DNA of 64,000 bases from positions 65,906,001 to 65,970,000 of the forward strand of contig OX597821.1 in the NCBI GenBank assembly GCA_951406725.2, read 5' to 3'. Under the pieces are notes generated by a model. That model was not told where the DNA came from, ran no database searches, and was given only the letters and a program-made list of their open reading frames with translations. A program made the translations under genes and the position numbers. The DNA is from Octopus vulgaris. Taxonomy: Eukaryota. The first letter of the stretch is position 1. Each line of letters starts with the position of its first letter. Positions 26,131 through 41,791 of the stretch are shown piece by piece.

Positions 26131-27621
26131 TGTTTTCCAGGGATTACTGGAAATGAACAACATCGCTTGCATGACGATGACACTCGATTACAATGTATAG
26201 ACAAGGTCATACACATACAGAAATGATGTGTGTGTGTCCCCACCAACACACACATAGAGGCATATATCACAAGCTTCCTTGAGGTTCCATCCAACAAATC
26301 TACTTTCAAGGCTTTGGTCAGCCAGCCAGCTTGGGGTTATAGTAGAAGACATTTGCCCAAGGTGACATGCAGTAATACTGAACCTGAAATCACATGATCA
26401 GGAGAGAAGCTTCTTAACCACACAACCACTTGTACGTGTACGTAAATCCATGTTTATGTATGTATGTGTGTGTACGTGAGTGTGTGCACGCATATATTCT
26501 CACATATTCTGTAAGTCCTTTTGAAAGGACATTCTGTGTTGCCTGTATAGGCCCTGGTGGGTAACAAAGAACGAATTATTATAATAGTTTTTTTTTTCTT
26601 CCTACAATTTTCTTTTCGTTCATCAATAATTTACTAGCATTTTTTTTGTTTCTTTTTATTGTTTTTCTTCCTTTCTTTCTTTTGTTCTTTTAAACTTGCT
26701 CCATTGTCTTCTCTCTTTACATATTCTCTTCCCCGCCTCCACCACCACCACCACCACCACCACCACCTTCATTTCATTACCTCTGAGTTCCTCTCCTAAT
26801 CTCTTATTCCATATTCTTTTTCACTGCTTGCTCTGTCTTCCCTCATATTGTATTGCCACCACCACCACCGCCACCACCACTGCCACCACCACCACCACCA
26901 CCACCATCATTCCCTAACTTATATCCCCTTCCACCTGTCCTTCTCTCTCATACCATCACCACCATTACTAACCCGCCCCCCCCATGTACCCACCCCCATC
27001 ACCACCCTCTTCTATGTCACTCTTCACAAATGTTTACAGATTGCCACCAGTTATAACTAGAGTTCTGTATGTGTGTGTGTGTGTGTATCTGTGTGTGTGT
27101 GCGTGTTTATGTCCATTTGTGTGTGTGTGTGTGTGTATGCTCATGCATCTGTGCGCATGTGTCTGTGTGTTTGTGTGTGTACGAGCGTCTGCATCTGTGT
27201 ATGTGTGTGCCTGTCTCTGTGCATGCGTTTGTGTGTGTACACGTGTGTGTCTGTGTACGTGCGTTTGTGTGTGGATGTGTTTCAATTGCGTGTTCAGAAA
27301 GAATGGTTATAGAGTAATGGGTGGTGGTGGTCGTGGTTGTAATGGTAGTGATAATGCTACTGGTGGTGATGGTGGTGGTAGTGGTGATGGTGGTGGTAGC
27401 GGTGATGGTGGTGGTGGTAGTGACAATATTGGTGGTATTAATGGTGAAGGTATGTACCAAATATATATGTATATATGTACATAGGTATGTGTGCATGTAT
27501 GTATGTATGTGGCTATATGTAAATATGTGTGTGAGTGTGTGAATACGAGAGAGTATGAATGAATATCCATGTGAATGAATGCAGGAAGAAAGAGACTATG
27601 TGAATGTATGTGTGTATACAT

Positions 27622-27661
<40 letters not shown>

Positions 27662-27792
27662 ATGAATGTGTAACTATGTGTGTGTAAGAACACTTTTTTA
27701 TGCATATGTGTTTATAGATATATGCATCAGTGTGTGTGAATATGTCATGTCAACATATGTGTATATTCTTTTGATTGTGTGTGTGTGTGTGT

Positions 27793-27834
<42 letters not shown>

Positions 27835-28021
27835 TTGAAGAAATATTGAATGAAAAGCAATTGTCTTTGATAGTTCTGAAAAATGAATGAAAGAAAGGTG
27901 GATGGAAAGAAAGAAAGAAAAAAAGAAGGAAAGAAAGAAAGAAGGAAAGAAAGTGCCTTATACAAGACCATACAAGGAGATGAAAAAAATAAAAACCAAA
28001 CTGCAGCAATCCCCTCCCCAT

Positions 28022-28054
<33 letters not shown>

Positions 28055-28564
28055 GGGCATACCAACTCTTCATGTTATTTTCAGCAGTTTCATGCAAGTT
28101 CCTGCTGCACCACCAAATGCACCTCCGTATATATATTCCTGTGGTAGTGGCGGCAGCAGCGGCAGTGTGTTGTGCACATTGTTTAATGGGGAGAGATGCA
28201 GTATTGTGTTCCTATGCTGCATCTGTTGTGCATTGTTATCTCGTTGTTGTTGTTGTTGTTGTTGTGTACTATCTGCCTTTATTGTTTTGTGGGTCTCTCC
28301 CCTTTTATGCGATATAAATGGCCTACGCCCCCTCCCCACACCCCCAGTTTCCTGTTTGTTGCTTCCTTTTGTATTTTGCCTTTGTACTATCCCCCAAGGT
28401 CTTGAGTCCTTGAAACCAACAAAAGAAATCCATCATCACCATCACCATCATCATCATCCCCATCAACACCACCACCACCACCACCACCACCATCAACATC
28501 ACCACCACTACCACCATCACCATCACCATCACTATCATCATCATCATCATCATCATTATTATTA

Positions 28565-28838
28565 TTAGGGGCAGCAAGCTGACAGAATCATTACTAAGCC
28601 CAGCAAAAATGCTTAGCGGCATTTCTTCCAGGTTCATTTTTTATGTTCTGAGTTCAAATTTCACCAAGGTCGTCTTTGACTTTTCAGTCTTTCAGGATTG
28701 GTAAAATAAGCACCAGTTGAACACTGGGGATCAATGTAATCCTTCCACTCAAAATTCCTGGCCTTGTGCCAAAATTAGAAAGAATTATTATCATTAGTAG
28801 TATTGTTATTACTACTACTACTACTACTACAATTGTTG

Positions 28839-28875
<37 letters not shown>

Positions 28876-29281
28876 GGTGGTGAGCTGACAGAACCATTAG
28901 GATGCCAAGCTAAATGCTTAACAGTTTTCCGTTTGCCGCTACATTCTGAGTTCAAATTCCTCTGAGTTCGACTTTGCCTTTCATCCTTTCGGGGTCAGGT
29001 CAATAAATTAAGTACCAGTGAAACACTGGGATCAATGCAATCAACTTGTCCCCCCCCAAAAAAAAATTTCAGGTCTTGTGCCTATTGCAGAAAGGATTAT
29101 TATTATTATTATTATTATTATTATCATTATTATTATTATTATTGTTTTAAAATTCTGCTGTGGTTGACTTTGTTCTTCATCCTCTCGAGGTTGATAAAAT
29201 AAGAACTAGTTGAGTAATGGGGTTGATGTGACTTACTGTTCCCCTCCTCTGAAATTGGTGGCCTTGAGCCAAAATTTAAAA

Positions 29282-29312
<31 letters not shown>

Positions 29313-29498
29313 AATTATAATTATTATTATTATTATTATTATAATTATTATTATTATTATTATTATTATTACTTTTTTTTTCTTCTTTCAAATTTGCTTC
29401 CATTTCTTACCGAGTGTCTTCCCGACTCCTAGGGCAAAGAAACTCATAGTATACATTGGTAGGCCATTAAACCAAACTCAGTAGTTCGTTCTATGGCC

Positions 29499-29541
<43 letters not shown>

Positions 29542-29980
29542 AGGTGGCAAGCTGGCAGAATTGTTAGCACACCAGTTAAAAATGCTTAGTGGTATCCCCT
29601 CCGTCTTCACATTCTGAGTTCAAATTCTGCCGAGGTTGACTTTGTCTTTCATCATTTCAGGGTCAATAAACTAAGCACCAGTTAAAATCTGGGGTCGATG
29701 TAATTGACAAGTTCCCTCCCCCAAAATTTCAGGTCTTGTGCCTTTAGTAGAAAGGATTATTATTATCTGAGCTGGCAGAATCATTAGCACGCCAGGTGAA
29801 AAGCTTAGCAGTATTTCATCTGCAGCTACGTTCTGAGTTCAAATTCTGCCGAGGTGGACTTTGCCTTTCATCCTTTTGGGGTTGATAAATTAAGTACCAA
29901 TAGTGTACTGGGGTCGAACTAATTGACTAGACCTCGTTCCACCAAATTTTAGGTATTGTGCCTATAATAAAGATTATCAT
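28565..29980 (+). mobile_element. Cluster of ~5 SINE family B copies in (ATT)n arrays
   Basis: Repeated family B cores with (ATT)n spacers; a 130-bp unrelated insert at 29372-29500 (possible R4/Dong-like 3' end on minus). Confidence 0.85.
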
Positions 29981-30182
29981 TATTATCATTTAGACTGACT
30001 AAAGCTCTGTGAGTGAAACTGGTAGATGGAAACTGAAAGAACCTCATGTTGTATGTGTGTGTGTGTCCCCTCTTGTCTAGACATCACATGATGGCTGTAA
30101 ACGAGTGTTGTTGTCAGAGGGATAAGGTTGTTTTCGTTTCAGTCTTCAGTGAAAGGCATGTCTAACTATAGGAAAATATTAC

Positions 30183-31822
<1,640 letters not shown>

Positions 31823-32512
31823 AGTTATTTGGAAACAGGTGAGGATTGGTGAAAGGAGGGACATCCAGGCTGTAGAATATCTACCTGAACAAATTTCTCC
31901 AAAACCATGCAAACATGGAAACATAGCCATTAAGAGATGATAAGAACCATGCCATAAATGCTATGCAGTGGAACTTGAACATAAAACTGTGCCATTTCAA
32001 AACAGCAAAATTCTTAGGCAAACAGCCATGCCTAGAACCAGTAACCAGTTAGTAGTATTATATCAGTTTCAAAATCTCAAAGTGAAGAATTTTCCTCAAA
32101 GATGTAATGTGATCAGTGTGTATCTATAATCTAAGAATTGCATCAGGAACGTAACAAAGCGAAAAACTAGGAAACCTGTAGTGACTTCAAACTGTGCGAA
32201 GACTGTAAAGTGATAATCAATTGATTATATTGTGTCTGAATGTATGGTTTGTACAGAATACACTGTTGAACAGACTGATCGACACTAAAGCAAATAACCC
32301 CAAAATAACTGCTGATAATAGATAAACATATTATTGAAGTACGTAGGAGAGAGAATGGGAGAATGTGAGAATGTGGGGTTGTGAGAACATGAGAATGTCG
32401 TCTGACAAATGGCCGAGCTGCTATAATGTATGGTGACACTTGTGTGCACAGACACACATTCATATGCTTTTCTATAGGTGTGTGTGTGTGTATGTGTGTG
32501 TGTGTTTGTATA

Positions 32513-32544
<32 letters not shown>

Positions 32545-32844
32545 CATACACATGTACACAAACACACACGTGTACACACATACGCACATATATATATATA
32601 TACATACAAATGTACATGAAATGTATGTATGTATGTATGTATGTATGTATATATATATATATAAATATATATACATATATATATAAATGTACATGAAATT
32701 TTTTATATAAATATATATATATCAACAGCCTGCAGGCAGTTTAGCTTAATGTATATATATATTTACACACACACACACAAACGCACACAAACACACACAC
32801 ACATATGCACACATACATACACACATACACATATACATACATAC

Positions 32845-33285
32845 ATGACATGTCTCCAAGATAGTTTACAACACTATACATAAGGAAGATTCTCCTGCAA
32901 GCTGATACCAAAAGCACAAGCCAGATATGGCGGTAAGAGAGGAAGCAAAAGAAAAAAAAAAAAACAGTAAAGCATGCATAATTGCAAAGATCAGCTGACC
33001 AGCAGGTACGAAGAATTCTTCTTCAAACATTGGTAGGAGACAAGAACATCTATGGAGAATCGATAGGAAACTTACACCTCTTATATCTAGGCTACAGAGT
33101 TTTGTTCGTTGCTGCTATCATAGGCGCAGGAGTGGCTGTGTGGTAAGTAGCTTGCTAACCAACCACATGGTTGCGGGTTCAGTACCACTGCGTGGCATCT
33201 TGGGCAAGTGTCTTCTGCTATAGCCCCGGGCCAACCAATGCCTTGTGAGTGGATTTGGTAGACGGAAACTGAAAGAAGCCTGTCG

Positions 33286-33322
<37 letters not shown>

Positions 33323-33650
33323 TTGTGTGTCTGTGTTTGTCCCCCTAGCATTGCTTGACAACCGATGCTGGTGTGTCTACGTCCCCGCCACTTAGTGGTT
33401 CGGCAAAAGAGACCGATAGAATAAGTACTGGGCTTACAAAGAATAAGTTCCGGGGTCGATTTGATCGACTAAAGGCAGTGCTCCAGCATGGCCGCAGTCA
33501 AATGACTGAAACAAGTATCGTAGGTACTTTGGGCTGTGTTACTGATTTACAAAGGAACGTAGATGTGCATGGATTCTTCGAAAATAAACAGAAAATACTG
33601 ATCCACATCCTCAAGGTACAGTCAATCAGAGGAAGAATTAAGATTCCTCA
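32845..33650 (+). pseudogene. Decayed RLE-type (R4/NeSL-like) non-LTR retrotransposon, endonuclease region
   Basis: Fragments read HVSKIVYNTIHKEDSP, KHKPDMAV, CIIAKIS*PA, KNIYGESIGNLHLLY...FVAAI, then IVGTLGCV...QSIRGRIKI after the SINE; matches the RH-D...PD...E-x-S-x-P...PIIVGALG layout. Confidence 0.75.
33122..33516 (+). mobile_element. SINE family A, full length, inserted in the RLE LINE
   Basis: TSD TATC(A/G)TAGG at 33116-24 and 33516-24. Confidence 0.95.
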
Positions 33651-33718
33651 CCTGTACAGCCAGCCACTCACACCTTCAAATGCATATGTGTGGCTTTTTA
33701 AAGAAATGTACATATATA

Positions 33719-33832
33719 TTTCTCCCTTGATGAAATACGCAACTAACCAGTTTCAATATGCAATTTGTTAATTAATTTAATTTAATTTCTCTAATTGAAT
33801 TAATTGTATATGGAAACAGCTGTAGTGATAAG
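33719..33832 (+). ncRNA. Degenerate type I hammerhead-like motif with long stem II
   Basis: TTGATGA (33727), stem II AATACGCAACTAA/TTAATTGTATATG, GAAA-CAGCTG-TA (33813-24), imperfect stem I. Confidence 0.45.
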
Positions 33833-33944
33833 AATTGCATATTATATTGATTTGAATATCTTTGAATAAACTGATGTCTATACAGCAATTTCTCCATTTT
33901 CTTCTTTTTCTCATTCACAGATATTTTAAATACCAACAGATACC

Positions 33945-34055
33945 AGTTTTATATTTCGGAGAAGAGGAATTATGTGCATTATTTACATTTGATGGATATT
34001 TGTCCTCATCTTGTTTGTTGTTAACACGTTTCGGCTAATATACCCTCCACCCTTG
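33945..34055 (-). mobile_element. Penelope-like repeat fragment (family of 3819-4141 and 13710)
   Basis: Minus: GGAGGGTATATTAGCCGAAACGTGTTAACAACAAACAAGATGAGGACAAATATC. Confidence 0.75.
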
Positions 34056-34334
34056 TCTCTAGGTCCACTCTGAACCAGGGTAACAGCACCTGTCAGGGTG
34101 CCAATTATGGGTTAAATAGCATATGTGATGAAAATTTACCTGAGCAAAGGGAACAGAAATACCCTTGGTTGGTGTTAGGGTGCACAGTAAAACCACCGTG
34201 AGTGAGGGACCCTTAGCTGCTGTTAAAGCATTCTTCTAGGAGACATACACTCTGATGTAAAACCTGCAGTTTTACATGATTACTGGTCATCTCGCTTCAG
34301 CCTGTCACTAGATATTAATCACAGAAACTCAGAG

Positions 34335-34580
34335 AATGGGACAGAATAGTTATCAGAGAGGTCATGGATGGAAAGTCAGAAATGCTGTTGACACCAAGGA
34401 AGCACAAGGAGATCTCAACATGTACAGACCTAATGAGTTGGAAGTACACAATGAGTTAGAACTTACGTCTGCCACCTAATTCTTCAAAACATGCAGATCT
34501 GCAATGGGGCAGAATAGTTATCAGAGAGGTCATGGATGGAAAGTCAGAAATGCTGTTGACACCGAGGAAGCAGAAGGAGA
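34335..34580 (+). repeat. ~78-bp near-identical direct repeat, 168 bp apart
   Basis: AATGGG(A/G)CAGAATAGTTATCAGAGAGGTCATGGATGGAAAGTCAGAAATGCTGTTGACACC... at 34335 and 34503. Confidence 0.9.
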
Positions 34581-35108
34581 CGAAAATCATCAGTGAAGAT
34601 GGAACAATCTCCGTGCACATGTCAAAAATGACAAGAAACCAACAACAGTAAGAACAGCAATGATGACAATATTACATAATATGAGAAAAGGGTGGAAGTG
34701 CTGGGTGTTTGGCTGGAGATATCCAAGGGGAAATACACGTATATGAGGAATGACAGGAGAAGATGTGTGGTTGGAGATATTTAAGAGGAAATAAGAGTAT
34801 ATAAGAAGATTTATATAAGAAAATAAAGATTTCTTTTGAGAAGTGACAAAAAAAAAAAAAAAATGCCGATTGATTCAGAATGGAGAATGGCGAAAGGAGG
34901 TGTTTGGCAGTCATGGCTGAAATCATTGCATGAGAATACTAACACTTTATTATCCAATTGTATCAACTACCACCACCACTACAACCACAACCACCACCAT
35001 AACTACTACTACTACTACTCGGAATTGACAAAAAAAGGTGCCAATACCATCATTATCATCAGCACAAAAACAACCACCACAATCCACTACCATCACCACT
35101 ACCACCAA

Positions 35109-35150
<42 letters not shown>

Positions 35151-35817
35151 GACAACTTCCATTTAAACCACCACCATTACTGCTAATTCTACTTCCGCTA
35201 CAACCACTACCACTACTGCCTCTACTACTATTACCATCACCACAGCTACCACTACCAACACCACTATAACCATTAGTGCTACGGATACCACCATCACCAC
35301 CACCACCACCACAACTATCACCACCACCACCACCACCGCTACGACTACAACTACCATCACTACAAAAAACAATCACAATAACATCAACCCACCCATGCTA
35401 CAGCAACAACAACAACAACAGCGATGGCGACAAATTAACTTCAACACAAATAATTTCTATGACGACAACAACAACAACAACAAATGGTGTGGATAAGGTA
35501 AAAAAACAAACAAAAAAAAACAACAACAGAAAATAAAAAAAAAGAGCCCAAATTACGAAGCAGAGTGGCATTATTGCAAAGTTGTAATAAGATGTTGTGG
35601 GACAGATGTGATGGATTAAAGTTAATATTTTAAAGGACAGATCTATCACTGTACTGTTATTGGGAGCTGTCAGGAATGCAGAGTTGATGGTGGTGAGGGT
35701 AATGGGGGGGGATGTGCTTTAAAGACAATCTTATTGGTTTCTGATGATTATATTTATATATATATATACGTGTGAGTGTGTGTGTACATACCGACATAGA
35801 TTGTATGTACACAAGAG

Positions 35818-35865
<48 letters not shown>

Positions 35866-35909
35866 AATATACAATGCATAAATACACACACATATGTCAC
35901 ATATGTGTA

Positions 35910-35969
<60 letters not shown>

Positions 35970-36713
35970 AAGATAGATAGCAAGCTAGATAGATAGACAG
36001 ACGGCCAGATAGGTATACACATACATATATACTTTAAATATATAATAATAGTGTTATCATGTACATTGGTTTAGTCTTGGTATAAAAGATGGGCTACAGC
36101 AAATATTCAGAATGGAGCCTTGCGCAGTCACTGGCTTTCCAGACCTCAGTCAAACCATCCAACCCATGCCAGCAGGGAAAGCGGACATTAAACGATGATG
36201 ATGATGATATATATCTACACACACACACACACACAAACACATATATATATATATTTATAGGTGCAGGCATGGCGATGTGGTAGAAAGGTTGCTTTCCAAC
36301 CACATGGTTCCAGGTTCAGTTCCACATGGTGATACCTTGAACAAGTGTCTTCTACTATAGCCATAGACTAAACAAAGCTTTGGGAGTGAATTCACTCAAA
36401 AACTGGAAGAAATCCTGTCATTTATGTGTGTGTATATATATATATATTATATATATATATATATATACACACATGCACACTCACATGAGCGTGTATGTGT
36501 GGGCATGTGCGAGCATTGTTGTGTCTATGTTTGACAACCGGTGCTGGTCTGTTTATATCCTCATAGCATAGTGGTTCAGCAAAAAAGACCGATAGAATAG
36601 AGTGAATTTGTTCAACTTTCAACTAAAAATTCAATGCAGTGCCCCAGCATAGCCACAGTTTAATCACTGAAACAAATAAAAGAAAACATAAATATCACTA
36701 AGATAAGTATTTC

Positions 36714-36788
36714 AATTACCTGAAGATTGACTGTAACCATAACACGAATTATTACGAATTGGATAGCCATGAAACGATCGTAGTGTTT
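36714..36788 (+). ncRNA. Type I minimal hammerhead motif, canonical core
   Basis: AATTAC-CTGAAGA-(T)TGACTGT...ATAGCCA(T)-GAAA-CGATCG-TA-GTGTTT, followed by an AT-rich tail. Confidence 0.6.
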
Positions 36789-36919
36789 AACTCATTATCT
36801 TTTATTAAACTTTTAATACTTTTGATATATATTTAAAATAATATAAATTAATTAATTTTATGTATTGGCTTAAGTTTTTCATTGTTTGATTTGCCTAATA
36901 GTGTTTTATCTCTAATTTA

Positions 36920-36970
<51 letters not shown>

Positions 36971-37284
36971 TTCAATACAGAGCAAATAATTCACAAAAAA
37001 ATAATCTGTGAAGATATTGACTCTATTATCATCTTGTGTAACAATTCAAAAATGATAACAGAATCAATAATATAGGTGATTGCAGGCCCTCCAAAAAGCA
37101 TTAAATAGTTGAAGGATTAAAATTAATTAAAGGACATACTAAATATGTCTACATGTTGGAAATAACAGTCAAAACTCTTATTTAAATTGCCAAAATACAC
37201 TGATAATAACTACAGAAAAATCAACAGTCCCAAAGCAAGTGAGTTAAGACAATCTTTCGGTATATGTTCAAGCACACTTTATAT

Positions 37285-37518
37285 ATATTTCTTTACTACC
37301 CACAAGGGGCTAAACATAGAAGGGACAAACAAGGACAGACACAGGTATTAAGTCGATTACATCGACCCCAGTGCGTAACTGATACTTAATTTATCGACCC
37401 CGAAAGGATGAAAGGCAAAGTCGACCTCGGCGGAATTTGAACTCAGAACGTAACGGCAGACGAAATACAGCTACGCATTTCGCCCGGCGTGCTAATGATT
37501 CTGCCAGCTCACCACCTT
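37285..37518 (-). mobile_element. SINE family B variant, little diverged
   Basis: Near-consensus core with CpGs retained; alternative tail CCCACAAGGGGCTAAAC shared with the 24882 copy. Confidence 0.9.
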
Positions 37519-38082
37519 TATATATATATTACATACACATGCATCACGTGTGCGCGTTTGTGTCCCCTTGTCATGACATCATGTGATGGTGTGATGGTCA
37601 TTAATGTGAAGTACTTCATTTGCAGTCATCCAGCAAGAAAGGAAAAAAAAATGTATGGCTACGGGGTGGAAATATTACCGTGGAAACATAAGGGTTGACA
37701 ACAGAAAGGGTTTCCTAGCATAAAATATCTGCCTTGACAAATTCCATCTGACCCATGCTAGCAAGGAAAAGTGGATGTTAAATAATGATAAGGTTGATGA
37801 TGATGATGATGATATTAGATGATGGGGGTCATAAACGAAACTGACATTAACTACGACAGAATGGCCATCTTACATTACAGATGATGACTAAAGCACTTGA
37901 CTTTATGATTTCCAAATATACATCTTGGCTGGCCAAAAATAGCAGATGGAATCAAGAGAACATATTTACAGACGAGACAAAAGATGTCAAGAAGAACTGA
38001 ACATTTTTTTACAGGAAATGTCAAATGTGGCAAAAACGGTTTTTTTCTGGAAGGCACATACATACATACATACATACATACA

Positions 38083-38115
<33 letters not shown>

Positions 38116-38122
38116 TTATATT

Positions 38123-38233
<111 letters not shown>

Positions 38234-38368
38234 TATATCCTTTTATATATATAAAACATATATATATCTATCTCTCTCTCTATTTTTCTCTCTCGCTATA
38301 TATATATACATAATATTTATTTTTACTTTTATTTATATATATATGTATATATACAGAGAAAGACAGAC

Positions 38369-38421
<53 letters not shown>

Positions 38422-38457
38422 CATACATACATATATATATGAAGAAAGAGAGAGAGA

Positions 38458-38499
<42 letters not shown>

Positions 38500-38600
38500 T
38501 AGATAGATAGATAGATAGATATAGATATAAACATAAAAGTATATATGCATATATATATATACACACACACAGACACATGTACATGTGTATGTGCACACAT

Positions 38601-38649
<49 letters not shown>

Positions 38650-38659
38650 GTTGGAATTG

Positions 38660-39320
38660 TTAAGGCAGTGAGTTTGCAGAGTTTTTAATTGCCTAGGACA
38701 AAATGCCCAGCACTATTTCTTCCAACTCGTTATATTTGAGTTCAAACTCTGCCAAGGTAAATGTTTTCCTCTTCGTCATTTCTGAGTCAATGAAATAATG
38801 CTTGAGTCAAGTACTGGAGTCGATGGAATTAACTTACACACTCCTTCGAAATTTACTAGCCTTCTGCTAAAATGAGAAACAGTTAGCTGCATTTCTTCTT
38901 GGTCATTTTATATTCTGAGTTCAAATTCCACTGAGGTCGACTTTGCCTCTTATGTTTTCAGGGCCGATAAAATAAGTACCAGTTAAACACTGGGGTCGAT
39001 GTAATCGACTTGTTCCCAAACCCTCAAAATTTCAGGCCTTGTGCCTATAGTAGAAAGGTTTATTATTATTATTATAATTATGATTATTATTATTATTAAG
39101 GCAGTAAGCTGGCAGAACTGTTAGCACACTGGACGAAATGCTTAGCGGAATTTAGCTTGTGGCTACATTTTGAGTTCAAAATCCACTGAGGTCAACTTTG
39201 CTTTCCATCATTTTAGGGTCGATAAAATAAGTACCAGTTGAGTACTGGGGTTGAGATAATTGATTTACCCCCAACCTCTCAAAAATGTCAGACCTTGTGC
39301 CTTTTGTAGAAAGGTTTATT
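38660..39320 (+). mobile_element. Three SINE family B copies in tandem
   Basis: Repeated family B cores, (ATT)n spacer. Confidence 0.8.
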
Positions 39321-39431
39321 ACTATTACTACCATCACTACCACCACTACTACAAACAACTACTACTACTATAACTACCACCACTACCACCATCACCACCA
39401 CTAGTAATTGTTGACAATTAGTAGTGGTAGT

Positions 39432-39587
39432 AGTGTGGCTGTGTGGTAAGTAGCTTGCTTACTAACCACATGGTTCTGGGTTGAGTCCCACTGCATGGAA
39501 CTTGGGGCAAATGTCTTCTATTATAGCCTCGGGCCGACCAAAGCCTTGTGAGTGGATTTGGTTGACGGAAACTGAAAGACGCCCGTC

Positions 39588-39619
<32 letters not shown>

Positions 39620-39900
39620 GTATATGTATATATATATGTATGTATATATATATGTATGTATGTGTGTGTGTATATATGTGTGTGTGTATATGTTTGTGTG
39701 TCTGTCTTTGTCCTCCCCCCCCAACATCGCTTAACAACCAATGCTGGTGTGTTTACATCCTTGTAACTTAGCGGTTTGGCAAAAGAGACCGATAGAATAA
39801 GTACTAGGCTTACAAAGAATAAGTCCCCGGTGTCGATTTGCTCGACTAAAGGCGGTGCTCCTGCATGGCCGCAGACAAATGACTAAAACAAGTAAATGAG
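39432..39900 (+). mobile_element. SINE family A, full length
   Basis: Head, TA/TG tract and 3' module all present. Confidence 0.9.
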
Positions 39901-41084
39901 TATATATAAAATGAGTATAATGTTTAATTGTGTGTGCTTAGTATTGCATTTTGCTGTCTTAGTCTGTTCAGTTCCAGTTCGGTGTTTTATCACACTTGTA
40001 GCAATAAATAACATTAACTTGGACATCAAAAGTAACAATCATCACTCATCAACACAATAACATAACATTAAACACAACATCATCATCAGTCAACAGTCAT
40101 CATCATCATCACCATCATCATCACCATTATCAGCAACAGCAGCATGGGCACCATTGTTGTTTAGTTTGTTTTGTTAAGTTTGCTTTATTTACAGTCATTA
40201 GGTTTTACCATTTTTGTAGCTAATATGGTCAATGTTTATGTTGATGTTCTAGTTCTTGTTGCTGTTGTTGTTGGCATTGTTAGAAAACAGCAACAACAAC
40301 AACAAAGACCTCTCTTCCTACTTGCTACTTTACAAAACAAAACAATACCAAACAAACAGAGAAATAGGAAACCAGCCACTAAAACTTCTATCATCCAATC
40401 CAAATTTTGATTGATGAGCCAATAATACAAAAGGATTATTACCACATTATCTCAGTTTCCCTCTCTCTCTCTCTCTGTTTCTTTCTCCATATCTCCATCT
40501 TCCCCCCCTCTCTCTCTCTCTCTCTCTCCTTCTCCTTGCTCTGATTACAGAAAATGTTAAAACACTCTTATATAGATAAACTACTCTATGTGGTTTCCCC
40601 TAAGGGGTTCCTTTCTTACTTGTGTTAGTGAAAGGGTTTGAAGAGAAGGGTCTAACACAATTGCAGATCTCATCTTTCACTTTCTATTCTTCCAGCACCA
40701 TTTTAACCATCTTTGATAGGAACCATATGTAAAGGAAGATATTGATTGGTTCTTTCATGTTTAACCAAAGATTTTGGCAGAACTGCAACAATATGTTGGA
40801 GCCCATTGAAATAATATGCATACCATTGTGCATTGTACTGCATTATGGTCACGCCACATAAAAAGCGCTTGTGCTGGCAACATGTAAGAAGCAACCGTTC
40901 TGGTGCCACATAAAATCACCCATGCTGGTGCCATGTAAAAAGCATCTGTGCCAATGATATGTAAAAAAAAGCACCTGTAAAGGGAGGAAAGAAAAACTTG
41001 AGAGCAATGGCGAAATATGAGCTGTTCTGTGACAGATCAGGGGTTGAATAACTAGTGCGAGATGGAAGGATTTAAGCATCCTAC

Positions 41085-41124
<40 letters not shown>

Positions 41125-41368
41125 GCGCCCTTTTAAAGCCTAGCCAGGCTCATGGGCCTGGTTTCAATGGCGTATGTGATCCCCAGCTGGACGGGATGCC
41201 AGTCAATCGCAGTGTTACTCATTTTTGCCAGCTGAGTGGACTGAAGTATGGTGAAATGAAGTGTTTTGCTCAAAAACGCAACGCAACGCCTGTTCCAGGA
41301 ATTGAAACCACAATCTTACGATCATGATGCGTGTTTCGTTAGTTTTACAAATTATATTGAATTAGAAT

Positions 41369-41438
41369 GATTGTACTGAAGAGTCCGCGGACGTTGTTAC
41401 GTAAGTAAAATCGTTAATGATGAAACCAGATTACGATT
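41369..41438 (+). ncRNA. Degenerate type I hammerhead-like motif
   Basis: Stem I GATTGTA/TACGATT, CTGAAGA, stem II GTC...GAT, GAAA-CCAG-AT (stem III and UH decayed). Confidence 0.45.
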
Positions 41439-41791
41439 AATTCTTTATTTTTGTATATTTTCATCTGTCTTACCTGCTTATGTTCTGGTGTTTGCTGAAT
41501 TTCTCTAGAGAACATTCTTTTCTTTGTGGTTAGATCGTTGGAGATTTTCTTCTAGCATATTGGATGTCCACTTAGTGGTCATTCCTTATTATATGCATGT
41601 ATTACAATTTTTCTGAATTTTCAGATTTTTCTATATGCTGGGCTACTGGTTTTAAATTGATGTTAATTGAATTAATATTCAATTTATCACCCTCATTATT
41701 TAAATATATATATATATATATATAATAGAAATATTAAAATTACTAAGTCTCTATAAAAGGAATTACGCCAACGTTTACTGGAAATTAATTG

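Noticed and set aside
40828-40846. GTGCATTGTACTGCATT resembles miR-33
   Set aside because: Differs from the mature sequence and has no complementary arm.
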